Notes under the pieces: generated by a model
What the model was told of the DNA's origin: nothing
The model's input: only the letters and a program-made list of their open reading frames with translations
Databases searched by the model: none
Part shown: one piece after another, positions 1 through 8,375 of the stretch
Position numbering within the stretch: the stretch's first letter is position 1
Layout: the number at the start of each line of letters is the position of its first letter
Made by a program: the position numbers and the translations under genes
NCBI GenBank assembly: GCA_964427175.1
Contig: CAYRTP010000002.1
Location: forward strand, 12,084 to 72,356
Direction: 5' to 3'
DNA length: 60,273 bases
Source: an uncultured Clostridium sp.
GTDB lineage: Bacteria; Bacillota; Clostridia; Oscillospirales; CAG-272

Positions 1-55
1 GGTGTCCTCCTCGCACGCTCGGTGACGGAAGAGGCAAAACCTTCGACAGGCACGC
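1..55. repeat. Partial copy of hairpin-rich repeat, identical to 892-946
   Basis: ggtgtcctcctcgcacgctcggtgacggaagaggcaaaaccttcgacaggcacgc occurs at 1-55 and 892-946. Confidence 0.9.
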
Positions 56-122
56 ACCCGAAATTCCCAAAAGGAAGCCCCCATGCGCCATCTGCGCCTC
101 TCCCGGTTTCGCTTCGCTCAAC

Positions 123-295
123 CACCCTCCCCAAAGGGGAGGGCAAAAGCAGAAATTCAAAAAAGTAGCCTCTCCCGCCCTTCGGGCACCCTCCCCAAAG
201 GGGAGGGCTTGGGGACGGGGGTGGCCTGGAGTCTTCCCCTCTGGGGAGGATTTGGGGGCGGCGGAAACCAGAAGCCTTCCCCTCTGGGGAAGGTG
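123..295. repeat. Left copy of ~170-bp direct repeat flanking the DUF559 gene
   Basis: Near-identical to 723-895, offset exactly 600 bp. Built of short hairpins (ctcccc-aaa-ggggag, cttcccc-tct-ggggaag). Confidence 0.9.
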
Positions 296-335
296 GCACG
301 CCGAAGGCGTGACGGAAGAGGTAAAACCGATATTT

Positions 336-704
336 ATGAATCACAATCCCAAATTAACCAAGCGCGCGCAGTCTTTGCGTACGAACATGACCAAAGAAGA
401 ACGAAAACTTTGGTATGACTTTCTCAATCAATACCCTTTCCGCTTCCGACGTCAGATAACTGTCGGTGTTTACATACTGGATTTTTATTGTGCGGCTGCG
501 AAATTGGCCGTGGAACTGGACGGTTCTCAGCATTACACCGAAGCAGGGAAGCAACACGACGCGGTGCGGACGAAGTATTTGGAAAGTCTGGGAATTTACG
601 TGATCCGATATCCGAATTCCGCTGTTACGGACAAGTTTCACGGAGTTTGCTTGGATATTGATCGCGTTGTTCAAGAACGAATTGCAGAGATTCAAAAAAA
701 GTAG
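336..704 (+). CDS. DUF559 (Vsr-like endonuclease fold) domain protein
   Basis: ATG at 336. Motifs MTKEERKLWYDFL, FRFRRQ, YILDFYC, VELDGSQH, R..YL...G..V.R are typical of DUF559. The upstream part of the track ORF is translated repeat. Confidence 0.8.
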   Translation: MNHNPKLTKRAQSLRTNMTKEERKLWYDFLNQYPFRFRRQITVGVYILDFYCAAAKLAVELDGSQHYTEAGKQHDAVRTKYLESLGIYVIRYPNSAVTDKFHGVCLDIDRVVQERIAEIQKK

Positions 705-946
705 CCTCTCCCGCCCTTCGGGCACCCTCCCCAAAGGGGAGGGCAAAAGCAGAAATTCAAAAAAGTAGCCTCTCCCGCCCTTCGGGCACCCTCCCCAAAG
801 GGGAGGGCTTGGGGAGCGAGGGTGGCCTGGAGCCTTCCCCCCTGGGAGGGTTTGGGGGCGGCGGAAACCAGAAGCCTTCCCCTCTGGGGAAGGTGTCCTC
901 CTCGCACGCTCGGTGACGGAAGAGGCAAAACCTTCGACAGGCACGC
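694..946. repeat. Right repeat block (extra unit 695-743, direct repeat 723-895, tail 892-946)
   Basis: Unit gtagcctctcccgcccttcgggcaccctccccaaaggggaggg at 165-207, 701-743 and 765-807. The last codons of the DUF559 CDS (gagattcaaaaaaagtag) recur with one fewer A at 152-168 and 752-768. Confidence 0.9.
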
Positions 947-981
947 CCCTAAAAACACCCTATACCAAGAAAGGAGGCCAT

Positions 982-2817
982 ATGTGCCGACGATTCCCCC
1001 AATTGAATACACGGCGGTTCCTCGCCATCATTCTGGCGACGATGCTTCTCTCGGCCATGATGGTGTCCTCTCTTTCGATTCCCGTCTCCGCCGCCGAGAG
1101 CGGCACCTGCGGAGACGGGCTCACCTGGAGCTTCTCCGCGGGCACCCTGACCATCTCGGGCCGCGGTGAGATGAGCCACTTTAACGAGATGAATCTCCCC
1201 CCCTGGTACGAGCTCCGCGGTCAGATCCTGCGGGTCTCGCTTCCCGAGGGCCTGAAAAACGTTTCCTCCCTCGCCTTCTACGAATGTAAGAAGCTGCGGG
1301 TGGTCTCGCTCCCCGATTCGGTCAACCGCGTCGGAAGCTACGCCTTCGCCAACTGCGATCAGCTGGAGTCGGTCCGCTTCGGCCCCGCCCTGGCCAGAAT
1401 CGACGAGGCCGCCTTCCACAGCTGTACCTCGCTGAAGGCCATGTCCCTGCCGTATAGCCTGCAGTCCCTGGGAAAACAGGCGTTTTACCGTTGCGAATCT
1501 CTCGCCTCGGTGACCGTTCCCCCCTACCTCTCCAAGATGGGTACCTCGGTTTTCGCCTACTGCAAGAGTCTCGTCCGCGCCGAGGTCTCGGCACGCCTGG
1601 ACTCCCTGCCCGAGTGGACCTTCTACGGCTGTGAAAATCTCACCGTCCTGCTCCTCCCCGAAACCCTGGCCGCCGCAGAGGACTACGCGTTCCGGAAATG
1701 CGACAGCCTCGATACAGTCTATTTCGCGGGAACTGCCGATAAAAGACAGACCATTCTCGCTTCTCTGGAGGAGGAGGTGCCTCAGTTTTCCCAGGTGGGC
1801 GTGATCTCCAATTCGCCGCCTATGGCGAGTACGACGGCGGGCACGTTCATCGACAACGGGGACGGTTCCCTGACCCAGCAGAACACCACCGTCAAGAATG
1901 ACGAGGGCGCGTCCTACGTCACCGTCGTGGAGCACACCTACCAAACCGACAATCTCTCGGAGGGCTCCTATTCCGCGAATATGACCGTGACGGTCACGGA
2001 CAAGGATGCCTGGGAGAACGTGGTGGATACCGTCAAGGATACCCTCAAGGACTATACCGAAAGCTTTTCGGGGGACAGCTCTCCCGCTGATACCGTGGGG
2101 CTTACGGTGTACGTGCAGACGGGGGGAAGTGTGGATTCCACGCTGGTGGAAGAAATGGCGGGGCGTGACGTGAAAATGACCGTCGTGTCCCAAAACGGTT
2201 CGGAATCCCGCATGGAGTGCGAGGAGCTGGTGATCGAGGACCTCGGCGGAGTCTACGATTATTCGCATACGGTGGAGGAAGCTCCGTCGGAACGGAGCGA
2301 ATCCCTGGGAACCGAGGATTGCTTCAACGTCTCTTTCAAGGAGTCTGCTACCATCAATAGCGAGATCCTGATCCAGCTCCCGGATATTCCGGCCCATTCG
2401 AACGCCTACCTGTATCAGGTGGAAACCGACGATACCCTCACCCGCCTCCAGGCAACTGTGGTGGATGAGAACGGAAACGCTCACTTTTACGTGGGGGCCG
2501 TGGACAAGGACACCGAGTATTTGATCGGCGTGAACGTTCCGGGTGAAAATACGGCGGATGCCGTTATTCCGGACGAATTGCTGGGACAATACGCCAACAG
2601 TGATTCGGTAGAGCGGTTGCAAAAGGTTGACTACGTCATCACGGGACGGCAGTCCTCGTGGGGCCTCAATGCCGCGCAGGTGACTTGGATCATGCTGGGC
2701 GTGCTGGCGGCCTGTATCATCGTCGTGGGAACCGTGATGTACGTTCTGAATCACCGACGCTTGAAGCAAGGCTATATTCCAAACGTGGATTACGACGACG
2801 CGGGGTCGGCTGTGTAG
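982..2817 (+). CDS. Secreted BspA-type leucine-rich-repeat surface protein with C-terminal TM anchor
   Basis: RBS aaggagg 971-977, ATG 982. Signal-like RRFLAIILATMLLSAMMVSSLSIPVSAAE; tandem AFxxCxxLxxVxLP repeats; C-terminal hydrophobic helix WIMLGVLAACIIVVGTVMYVL then RRLK. Confidence 0.8.
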   Translation: MCRRFPQLNTRRFLAIILATMLLSAMMVSSLSIPVSAAESGTCGDGLTWSFSAGTLTISGRGEMSHFNEMNLPPWYELRGQILRVSLPEGLKNVSSLAFYECKKLRVVSLPDSVNRVGSYAFANCDQLESVRFGPALARIDEAAFHSCTSLKAMSLPYSLQSLGKQAFYRCESLASVTVPPYLSKMGTSVFAYCKSLVRAEVSARLDSLPEWTFYGCENLTVLLLPETLAAAEDYAFRKCDSLDTVYFAGTADKRQTILASLEEEVPQFSQVGVISNSPPMASTTAGTFIDNGDGSLTQQNTTVKNDEGASYVTVVEHTYQTDNLSEGSYSANMTVTVTDKDAWENVVDTVKDTLKDYTESFSGDSSPADTVGLTVYVQTGGSVDSTLVEEMAGRDVKMTVVSQNGSESRMECEELVIEDLGGVYDYSHTVEEAPSERSESLGTEDCFNVSFKESATINSEILIQLPDIPAHSNAYLYQVETDDTLTRLQATVVDENGNAHFYVGAVDKDTEYLIGVNVPGENTADAVIPDELLGQYANSDSVERLQKVDYVITGRQSSWGLNAAQVTWIMLGVLAACIIVVGTVMYVLNHRRLKQGYIPNVDYDDAGSAV

Positions 2818-2847
2818 CGGATACCGCGCGAAAACCATCCGGAAAAA

Positions 2848-2883
2848 GCAATGCTTGCGGGATACCCGCAAGCATTGCTTTTT
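2848..2883 (+). terminator. Rho-independent terminator after LRR gene
   Basis: 14-bp perfect stem gcaatgcttgcggg/cccgcaagcattgc, loop ata, then ttttt. Confidence 0.85.
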
Positions 2884-2918
2884 CGGTTTGCTTCGCAAGA
2901 CGTTTTTTTATTTATGAC

Positions 2919-2947
2919 TTGAAAAGTACCTCGTTTTATGCTATAAT
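2919..2947 (+). promoter_or_regulatory. Sigma-70-type promoter of GH92-CapD-TIR-TIR gene string
   Basis: ttgaaa, 17 nt, tataat. Confidence 0.7.
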
Positions 2948-2988
2948 GAACCCAATATCACCTGCCCTGCAAGCAAAGGAGACTCACC

Positions 2989-5205
2989 ATGAAATACACC
3001 CAATACGTCAGCACCAAGATCGGCACCATCGGTGACATGACCGCTACCAGCATCCACGGCGGCGGCAAGACCCACCCCGGTGCCATTTACCCCTTCGGCA
3101 TGGTCCAGTTCGGCCCCGACACCTTTGAGGGCGGGGACAACGGCGCAGGCTACAGCTACCACCACACCACCATCGACGGCTTCAGCATCAACCATATGTC
3201 GGGCGTGGGCTGGTACGGCGACCTGGGCAACTTCCAGGTCATGTCCACTACGGGCCCCCTGAATCTCCTGTCCTCCACCTACCGCGATGCCCTCACCACC
3301 CGCGACGGCCGCGGCTATGAGTCTGACTTCCGCCATGAGACCGAGGTCACCGAGGCGGGCTACTACGCCGTCACCTTGGATACCTACGGCATCCGCGCCG
3401 AGACTACCTCCCTGCTCCATACGGGTATGATCCGCATGACCTACCCCGCAGGGGAGCGCCGTCGGGTCCAGATCAACCTGGCGCGCCGCATCGCGGGACG
3501 CTCCCCCGCCCAGGAGCTGACCATCATCGACCCCCACACCATCGAGGCCGTCATCCATTGCCCCAACTCCCACGGCGGTTTCGGCCGCGGTCAGGGCAAC
3601 GTCACTTACGATCTGTACGTCCACGCCGAGCTGTCCGAGGATTGGGACACCTACGGCGTGTGGAATAAGAACACTCCTGTGGCCGAGGTGTCCGACACCT
3701 ACGCGGGCGAGGAGCTGTGGTTCTACGCCGAGTACGCTCCCTCCGACCGCCCCCTGACCATGAAGGTGGGCATCTCCTACATCAACATGGAGGGCGCGCG
3801 GGATAACTTTGAGAAGGAGGCCGCAGGGAAGGACTTCGACGGAATGCACGCCGAAAACACCGAGGCCTGGGAGAAGGCCCTGTCGGTGGTCAAGGTGGAG
3901 GGCTCGGACACCGAGAAGCTGACCATTTTCTATACTACCCTGTACCACGCCCTCCTGGACCCCCGCGTCTTCTCGGATGCCAACGGCAACTATCTTTCGG
4001 CCGACGGTACGGTCCGCAACAACACATCCTTCGTTAAGCGCACCGTGTTCAGCGGATGGGACGTGTTCCGCAGTGAGTGCCCCCTTCTGACCATCATCAA
4101 GCCCGACGCGGTCAACGACATCATCAACACTCTCATCGACATCGCGGAGTACCGCAACGTCTCCTTCCCCCGTTGGGAGCTGTTGGGCCACGAGACGGGC
4201 TGTATGCTGGGTGACCCCGGTGTCATCGTGGCCGCCGATGCCTACCGCAAGGGCATCCGCAATTTCGATACTGCGAAGGCCTACGAGATCTGCCTCAAAA
4301 CCGCCTTTGATCCCGATACCAAGCGTCACGGTGCCGAGGCTATGAACACCCTGGGCTACGTCCCCGGTCAGATCTCCGATACCCTGGAGAACGTCTTTGC
4401 CGACCACTGCATCTCCCGCTTTGCCGAGGCGGTGGGAGACACCGAAAACGCGGACCTGTTCGCTCGACGGGCGCAGAATTACCGTAAGATCTACGATCCC
4501 GAGTCGGGCTGGATGCGGAGACGCTTCGAGGACGGTAGTTGGGCCGAGTGGAAGGGCGAGTATGACGAGACGGGATGCGTGGAGAGCAACATCTTCCAGC
4601 AGTCCTGGTTCGTGCCCCACGATCCCCAGGGCCTGATGGAGCTCATGGGCCGCGACCGCTTCCTGTCGGAGCTGGAGCGTCTGATGGCGGAATCCGACCT
4701 GTCGGCCATGTGGAATACCGCCTACAACCACCCCAACGAGCCCTGCCACCACATCATCCATATGTTCACCGACGCGGGCCAGCCCTGGCGGACCCAGTAC
4801 TGGGTCAGACGGGTCCAGGATGAGGCTTATAACACCACCGAGTACGGCTACTGCGGTAACGAGGACGTGGGTCAGATGTCGGCCTGGTTCACCTTGACCG
4901 CCCTGGGTATTCACATGATGGCCCCCGGAAGCGATATCTACCATATCAATACCCCCCTGTTCCGCCGCGCCGAGATCCGCCTGTCGGAGGAGTACCACCC
5001 CCGCAAGATCTCGGACACCCTGGTCATCGAGACCGACCGCGACCCCGCCGAGAACGTCTACATCCAAGGTGTCACGGTCAACGGTACCCCCATCAACCGT
5101 GCCTGGCTCACCTGGGAGGAGATCGCCAACGGCGGTGTCATCCGATTTGAGCTGTCGGATCAGCCCAATACCGAGTGGGGTAAGGAAGTGCCGACACAGG
5201 CTTGA
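2989..5205 (+). CDS. GH92 family alpha-mannosidase
   Basis: N-terminus GDMTATSIHGGGKTHPGAIYPFGMVQFGPDT and GYSY...I.GFS..H.SG are GH92 hallmarks; RBS aaggaga. Confidence 0.85.
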   Translation: MKYTQYVSTKIGTIGDMTATSIHGGGKTHPGAIYPFGMVQFGPDTFEGGDNGAGYSYHHTTIDGFSINHMSGVGWYGDLGNFQVMSTTGPLNLLSSTYRDALTTRDGRGYESDFRHETEVTEAGYYAVTLDTYGIRAETTSLLHTGMIRMTYPAGERRRVQINLARRIAGRSPAQELTIIDPHTIEAVIHCPNSHGGFGRGQGNVTYDLYVHAELSEDWDTYGVWNKNTPVAEVSDTYAGEELWFYAEYAPSDRPLTMKVGISYINMEGARDNFEKEAAGKDFDGMHAENTEAWEKALSVVKVEGSDTEKLTIFYTTLYHALLDPRVFSDANGNYLSADGTVRNNTSFVKRTVFSGWDVFRSECPLLTIIKPDAVNDIINTLIDIAEYRNVSFPRWELLGHETGCMLGDPGVIVAADAYRKGIRNFDTAKAYEICLKTAFDPDTKRHGAEAMNTLGYVPGQISDTLENVFADHCISRFAEAVGDTENADLFARRAQNYRKIYDPESGWMRRRFEDGSWAEWKGEYDETGCVESNIFQQSWFVPHDPQGLMELMGRDRFLSELERLMAESDLSAMWNTAYNHPNEPCHHIIHMFTDAGQPWRTQYWVRRVQDEAYNTTEYGYCGNEDVGQMSAWFTLTALGIHMMAPGSDIYHINTPLFRRAEIRLSEEYHPRKISDTLVIETDRDPAENVYIQGVTVNGTPINRAWLTWEEIANGGVIRFELSDQPNTEWGKEVPTQA

Positions 5206-5220
5206 AAGCGAGGTATTCCC

Positions 5221-6438
5221 ATGCATAACGCCAAGATTCCCCCTGACCTTGCCCGGGATTGGACGGTGGAGGACCTGCTGGGGCGGGAACCCGTGCGGGT
5301 CAACCCGGATGAGATCCGAGACGAGATCTACGAATCCCTGGCGGGCAAGGTCATCCTGGTCACGGGGGGCGGGGGCTCCATCGGCAGTGAGCTCTGCCGA
5401 CAGATCGCCCCTCATCACCCCAAAAAGCTCCTCATTTTCGATATTTACGAAAACAACGCCCACGCCATCGGTCTGGAGCTGACGGACCGCTACCCCGAGC
5501 TGGACCTGGAGATCCTCATCGGCTCGGTGCGGGACAGCCGCCGCCTGGAGCAGGTGTTCAGCAAGTACAAGCCCGACGTGGTCTACCACGCCGCGGCCCA
5601 CAAGCACGTCCCTCTCATGGAGGCAAACCCCTGCGAGGCCATCAAGAACAACGCCGTGGGAACCTATAAGACCGCCTACGCCGCCCTCGCGAACGGTTGC
5701 AGGCGGTTCGTGCTGATCTCCACGGACAAGGCGGTCAACCCCACGGGCATGATGGGGGCCTCCAAGCGTATCTGCGAGATGATCCTGCAGGCCTTCGATA
5801 AAAAACTGCGGGAAGGGAAGGCCTGTGAGCTGACTCCTCTTTGCATTCATGGCGGTGACGAGGCGGAGCCCGCTTCCCACGCCGTGCTGAACGCGGAAAC
5901 CCTTCACACCGAGTTCGTGGCGGTTCGTTTCGGTAACGTGTTGGACAGCAACGGCTCGGTGGTGCCCCGCTTCAAGGAGCAGATCGCCCGAGGCGGCCCC
6001 GTCACGGTGACCCATCCCGACGTGATCCGCTATTTCATGACCATTTCCGAGGCGGTTTCCCTGGTGTTGCAGGCGGGAACTTACGCCGACAGCGGGGAGA
6101 TCTTTGTCCTGGACATGGGGGACCCCGTCAAGATCGACACCCTGGCCCGCCGCATGATCCGCCTGGCGGGTATGCGCCCCGACGTGGATATTCAGATCTC
6201 CTACACGGGGCTCCGTCCCGGGGAGAAGCTGTACGAGGAAAAGCTCCTGTCCGAGGAGGACACCTGTACCACCCCCAACCGTGCCATCCACGTCGGAAGG
6301 CCTCTGCCCTTTGACGCGGACGATTTCCTTCGCCGTCTGCCGAGACTGGCCGAGGCCGCTTATAACGGGGAGGATGAGGCTCTCCGCCACCTGGTGGCCG
6401 AGGTGATTCCCGCCTACCGCCCCATGAGCGAAAATTGA
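5221..6438 (+). CDS. CapD/PglF/WbpM-like NDP-sugar 4,6-dehydratase, short form lacking the N-terminal membrane domain
   Basis: DLLGREPV...GKVILVTGGGGSIGSEL, VRFGNVLDSNGSVVP, GGPVTVTHPD, GLRPGEKLYEE. Confidence 0.75.
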   Translation: MHNAKIPPDLARDWTVEDLLGREPVRVNPDEIRDEIYESLAGKVILVTGGGGSIGSELCRQIAPHHPKKLLIFDIYENNAHAIGLELTDRYPELDLEILIGSVRDSRRLEQVFSKYKPDVVYHAAAHKHVPLMEANPCEAIKNNAVGTYKTAYAALANGCRRFVLISTDKAVNPTGMMGASKRICEMILQAFDKKLREGKACELTPLCIHGGDEAEPASHAVLNAETLHTEFVAVRFGNVLDSNGSVVPRFKEQIARGGPVTVTHPDVIRYFMTISEAVSLVLQAGTYADSGEIFVLDMGDPVKIDTLARRMIRLAGMRPDVDIQISYTGLRPGEKLYEEKLLSEEDTCTTPNRAIHVGRPLPFDADDFLRRLPRLAEAAYNGEDEALRHLVAEVIPAYRPMSEN

Positions 6439-6480
6439 ATTTTGACCCGAAAATCTGATGAGTACCTGCAAGGAGACATC

Positions 6481-8349
6481 ATGAATCCGAATATATGTAA
6501 CCAATGCGGCGGCGAATTTGAGTTCCGCGGCGGCCGATGGATCTGCCGTTCCTGCGGAGCCTACAAGCCGGAGTCCATCACCAACGAGGAAGTGACCCTG
6601 CTTTACACGGCGTACCAAAAGCTCCGTTTGACCGAGTTTGCTGAGGCAGAGCTGGAGTTCGACGACTTTATCCACCGTTATCCCGAGAATCCCAGCGGAT
6701 ACTGGGGCAGACTCCTGGCCAAATACGGCATCCAATACGAGCGGGATTTCGACGGCCGCATGATCCCGACCTGCTACGCCGCCTCCATCGGGAGTGTGAA
6801 ATCCGCTTCCGATTTCAAGAAGGCTCTGCAGTACGCGGATGCCGAGAACCGCGTCTACTACGAAAGCCAAGCCACCCACATCGAGCGCATACGGACCGAA
6901 TGGCAGGAAAAAGCCAAAAAGGAAAAGCCCTACGACGTGTTCATCTGCTACAAGGACAGCGACCTGGCCAACGGGATCGAGCGCACCAAGGACAGCTACG
7001 CCGCCCAGGAGCTCTACACCCTGCTGACGGATATGGGCTTTCGGGTGTTCTACAGCCGTGTGAGCCTGCGCGATAAGGTGGGAGAGAAATACGAGCCCTA
7101 CATCTTCCACGCCCTTTCCACGGCGCAGGTTATGATCGTGTACGGTTCCGAGCCCGAGTATATCCAATCCACCTGGCTGAAAAACGAGTGGATGCGTTAC
7201 GCCAAGCAGATCCGAGAAGGGAAGAAGAAGCCCGAGTCCCTGCTGGTGGCCTGCGAGGGCTTCTCTCCCGATGAGCTTCCCACCACTCTTTCCTCCATGC
7301 AGTGCTTCCGTGCCGAGGATAAGACCTTCTACGGGGATCTGCAAAACCGCGTAAGCCTCTTGCTTGGCCGTGAGGAGATCGAGGTCGGGGGGCGTGAAGG
7401 AGCACCGCGAAGAACCCGTCGCAGAAAGCGCCGCAGATGGGGCTGGATCCCGCTGGCTGTGGTATTAGTTCTGGCGGTGATGTTTTTTATCAGCTATCTG
7501 CAGTCCCAAGGTCCCGCCAAGCTGTATTATGTTTCCAATCAAGACGGCACCTGCTATGTCCGCCATATTCAGCTCAACGGAGATACGCATATTGATATCC
7601 CAGCCGAGTACAACGGGGAGCGCGTGACGGGAATCGGAGATAATGCCTTTTCATTCTCCTACGACTTGATAAGCGTGACGGTGCCCGCCGGGGTGACCCG
7701 AATCGGGGAGCACGCCTTTTCCTATTGCGACGATCTGCAGAGCGTAACGCTTCCGGACGGCGTGGAGAGCATTGGAGACTATGCCTTTGCGGACTGCGCC
7801 GCGCTGACGAGCGTTGAGATTCCCGCGAGCGTGACCGAGATCGGAGAATATGCATTCTTCGGTTGTAACGGGCTGACCGAGTTGATGATCCCCGAGGGCG
7901 TGACCGACGTTGGTAATTTGGCGTTTGCCTCCTGTGAAAATCTGACGAACGTGACGATTGCGGGCCCGCTGATAAGCGTTGGCTACAATGTGTTCAGCGA
8001 TTGCAAAAAGCTGACTACCGTGACCTTCACGGGTGAAAAAGCGGTCATCGGGCAGTCCATGTTCGGCGATTGCACCCATCTGTCCGACGTAACGGTACTT
8101 GCCCCTCTGAATTTTGTGGGTAGCAATGCATTTTCGGGATGCGTGTCCCTGGAAGTGATTCGCCTCCCCGAGCAGGTGGGGAGCTTGGATTACGGTGCTT
8201 TTGAAAATTGTACCTCCCTCACCGCTATTTATTACGGCGGCACGGTAGCTCAATGGGAGAAGGTTGATTGTCGGGGTGACTGGGACTACAATACCGGTGC
8301 CTACACGGTCTACTGTACCGACGGCACCGTGGCCAAGGCCGATCCGTAG
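6481..8349 (+). CDS. Zn-ribbon + TIR domain / single TM / extracellular BspA-type LRR protein
   Basis: RBS aaggaga 6470-6476, ATG 6481. CxxC..CxxC; YDVFICYKDSD...VMIVYGS...STWLKNEW (TIR-like); RRTRRRKRRR then helix IPLAVVLVLAVMFFISYL; about 280 aa of IGxxAFxxCxxLxxV repeats. Confidence 0.8.
   Translation: MNPNICNQCGGEFEFRGGRWICRSCGAYKPESITNEEVTLLYTAYQKLRLTEFAEAELEFDDFIHRYPENPSGYWGRLLAKYGIQYERDFDGRMIPTCYAASIGSVKSASDFKKALQYADAENRVYYESQATHIERIRTEWQEKAKKEKPYDVFICYKDSDLANGIERTKDSYAAQELYTLLTDMGFRVFYSRVSLRDKVGEKYEPYIFHALSTAQVMIVYGSEPEYIQSTWLKNEWMRYAKQIREGKKKPESLLVACEGFSPDELPTTLSSMQCFRAEDKTFYGDLQNRVSLLLGREEIEVGGREGAPRRTRRRKRRRWGWIPLAVVLVLAVMFFISYLQSQGPAKLYYVSNQDGTCYVRHIQLNGDTHIDIPAEYNGERVTGIGDNAFSFSYDLISVTVPAGVTRIGEHAFSYCDDLQSVTLPDGVESIGDYAFADCAALTSVEIPASVTEIGEYAFFGCNGLTELMIPEGVTDVGNLAFASCENLTNVTIAGPLISVGYNVFSDCKKLTTVTFTGEKAVIGQSMFGDCTHLSDVTVLAPLNFVGSNAFSGCVSLEVIRLPEQVGSLDYGAFENCTSLTAIYYGGTVAQWEKVDCRGDWDYNTGAYTVYCTDGTVAKADP
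6928..7335 (+). other. Predicted TIR domain of 6481-8349 (aa ~150-285)
   Basis: beta-A DVFICYK, SxWxxxE-like motif STWLKNEW with Glu codon at 7186-7188. Confidence 0.65.
7447..7500 (+). other. Predicted transmembrane helix, N-in/C-out by the positive-inside rule
   Basis: Ten-residue Arg/Lys run directly upstream (7408-7437); 18 hydrophobic residues. Confidence 0.7.
7513..8346 (+). other. Predicted extracellular LRR_5/BspA-type repeat domain
   Basis: Repeats such as VTRIGEHAFSYCDDLQSVTLPDGV, ESIGDYAFADCAALTSVEIPASV, TEIGEYAFFGCNGLTELMIPEGV. Confidence 0.75.
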
Positions 8350-8375
8350 GCTTCGGGAAAACGTAAGGAGGAGCT

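Noticed and set aside
123-946. Possible CRISPR array, given short palindromic repeated units
   Set aside because: The repeats are of several kinds, are not regularly spaced by unique spacers of constant length, flank a gene, and no cas genes are present.
83-1012. ORFs 83-418, 354-944, 692-1012 and 822-1169 covering the repeat blocks
   Set aside because: They are translations of the hairpin repeats (PLWGRW, SPKGEG strings), repeated on both strands, with no SD. Only the DUF559 core from ATG 336 looks genuinely coding.
949-2898. 649-aa minus-strand ORF opposite the LRR gene
   Set aside because: It is an antisense shadow of a gene with signal peptide, LRR periodicity and SD. It has low-complexity R/G/H-rich translation.
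2941-7344. 1467-aa minus-strand ORF, the longest in the track
   Set aside because: It runs antisense across GH92, the CapD-like gene and the TIR gene, all of which have clear family motifs and SDs. Its composition is the G/V/A/H/D/L-rich pattern typical of shadow ORFs in high-GC DNA, and it has no recognisable domain.
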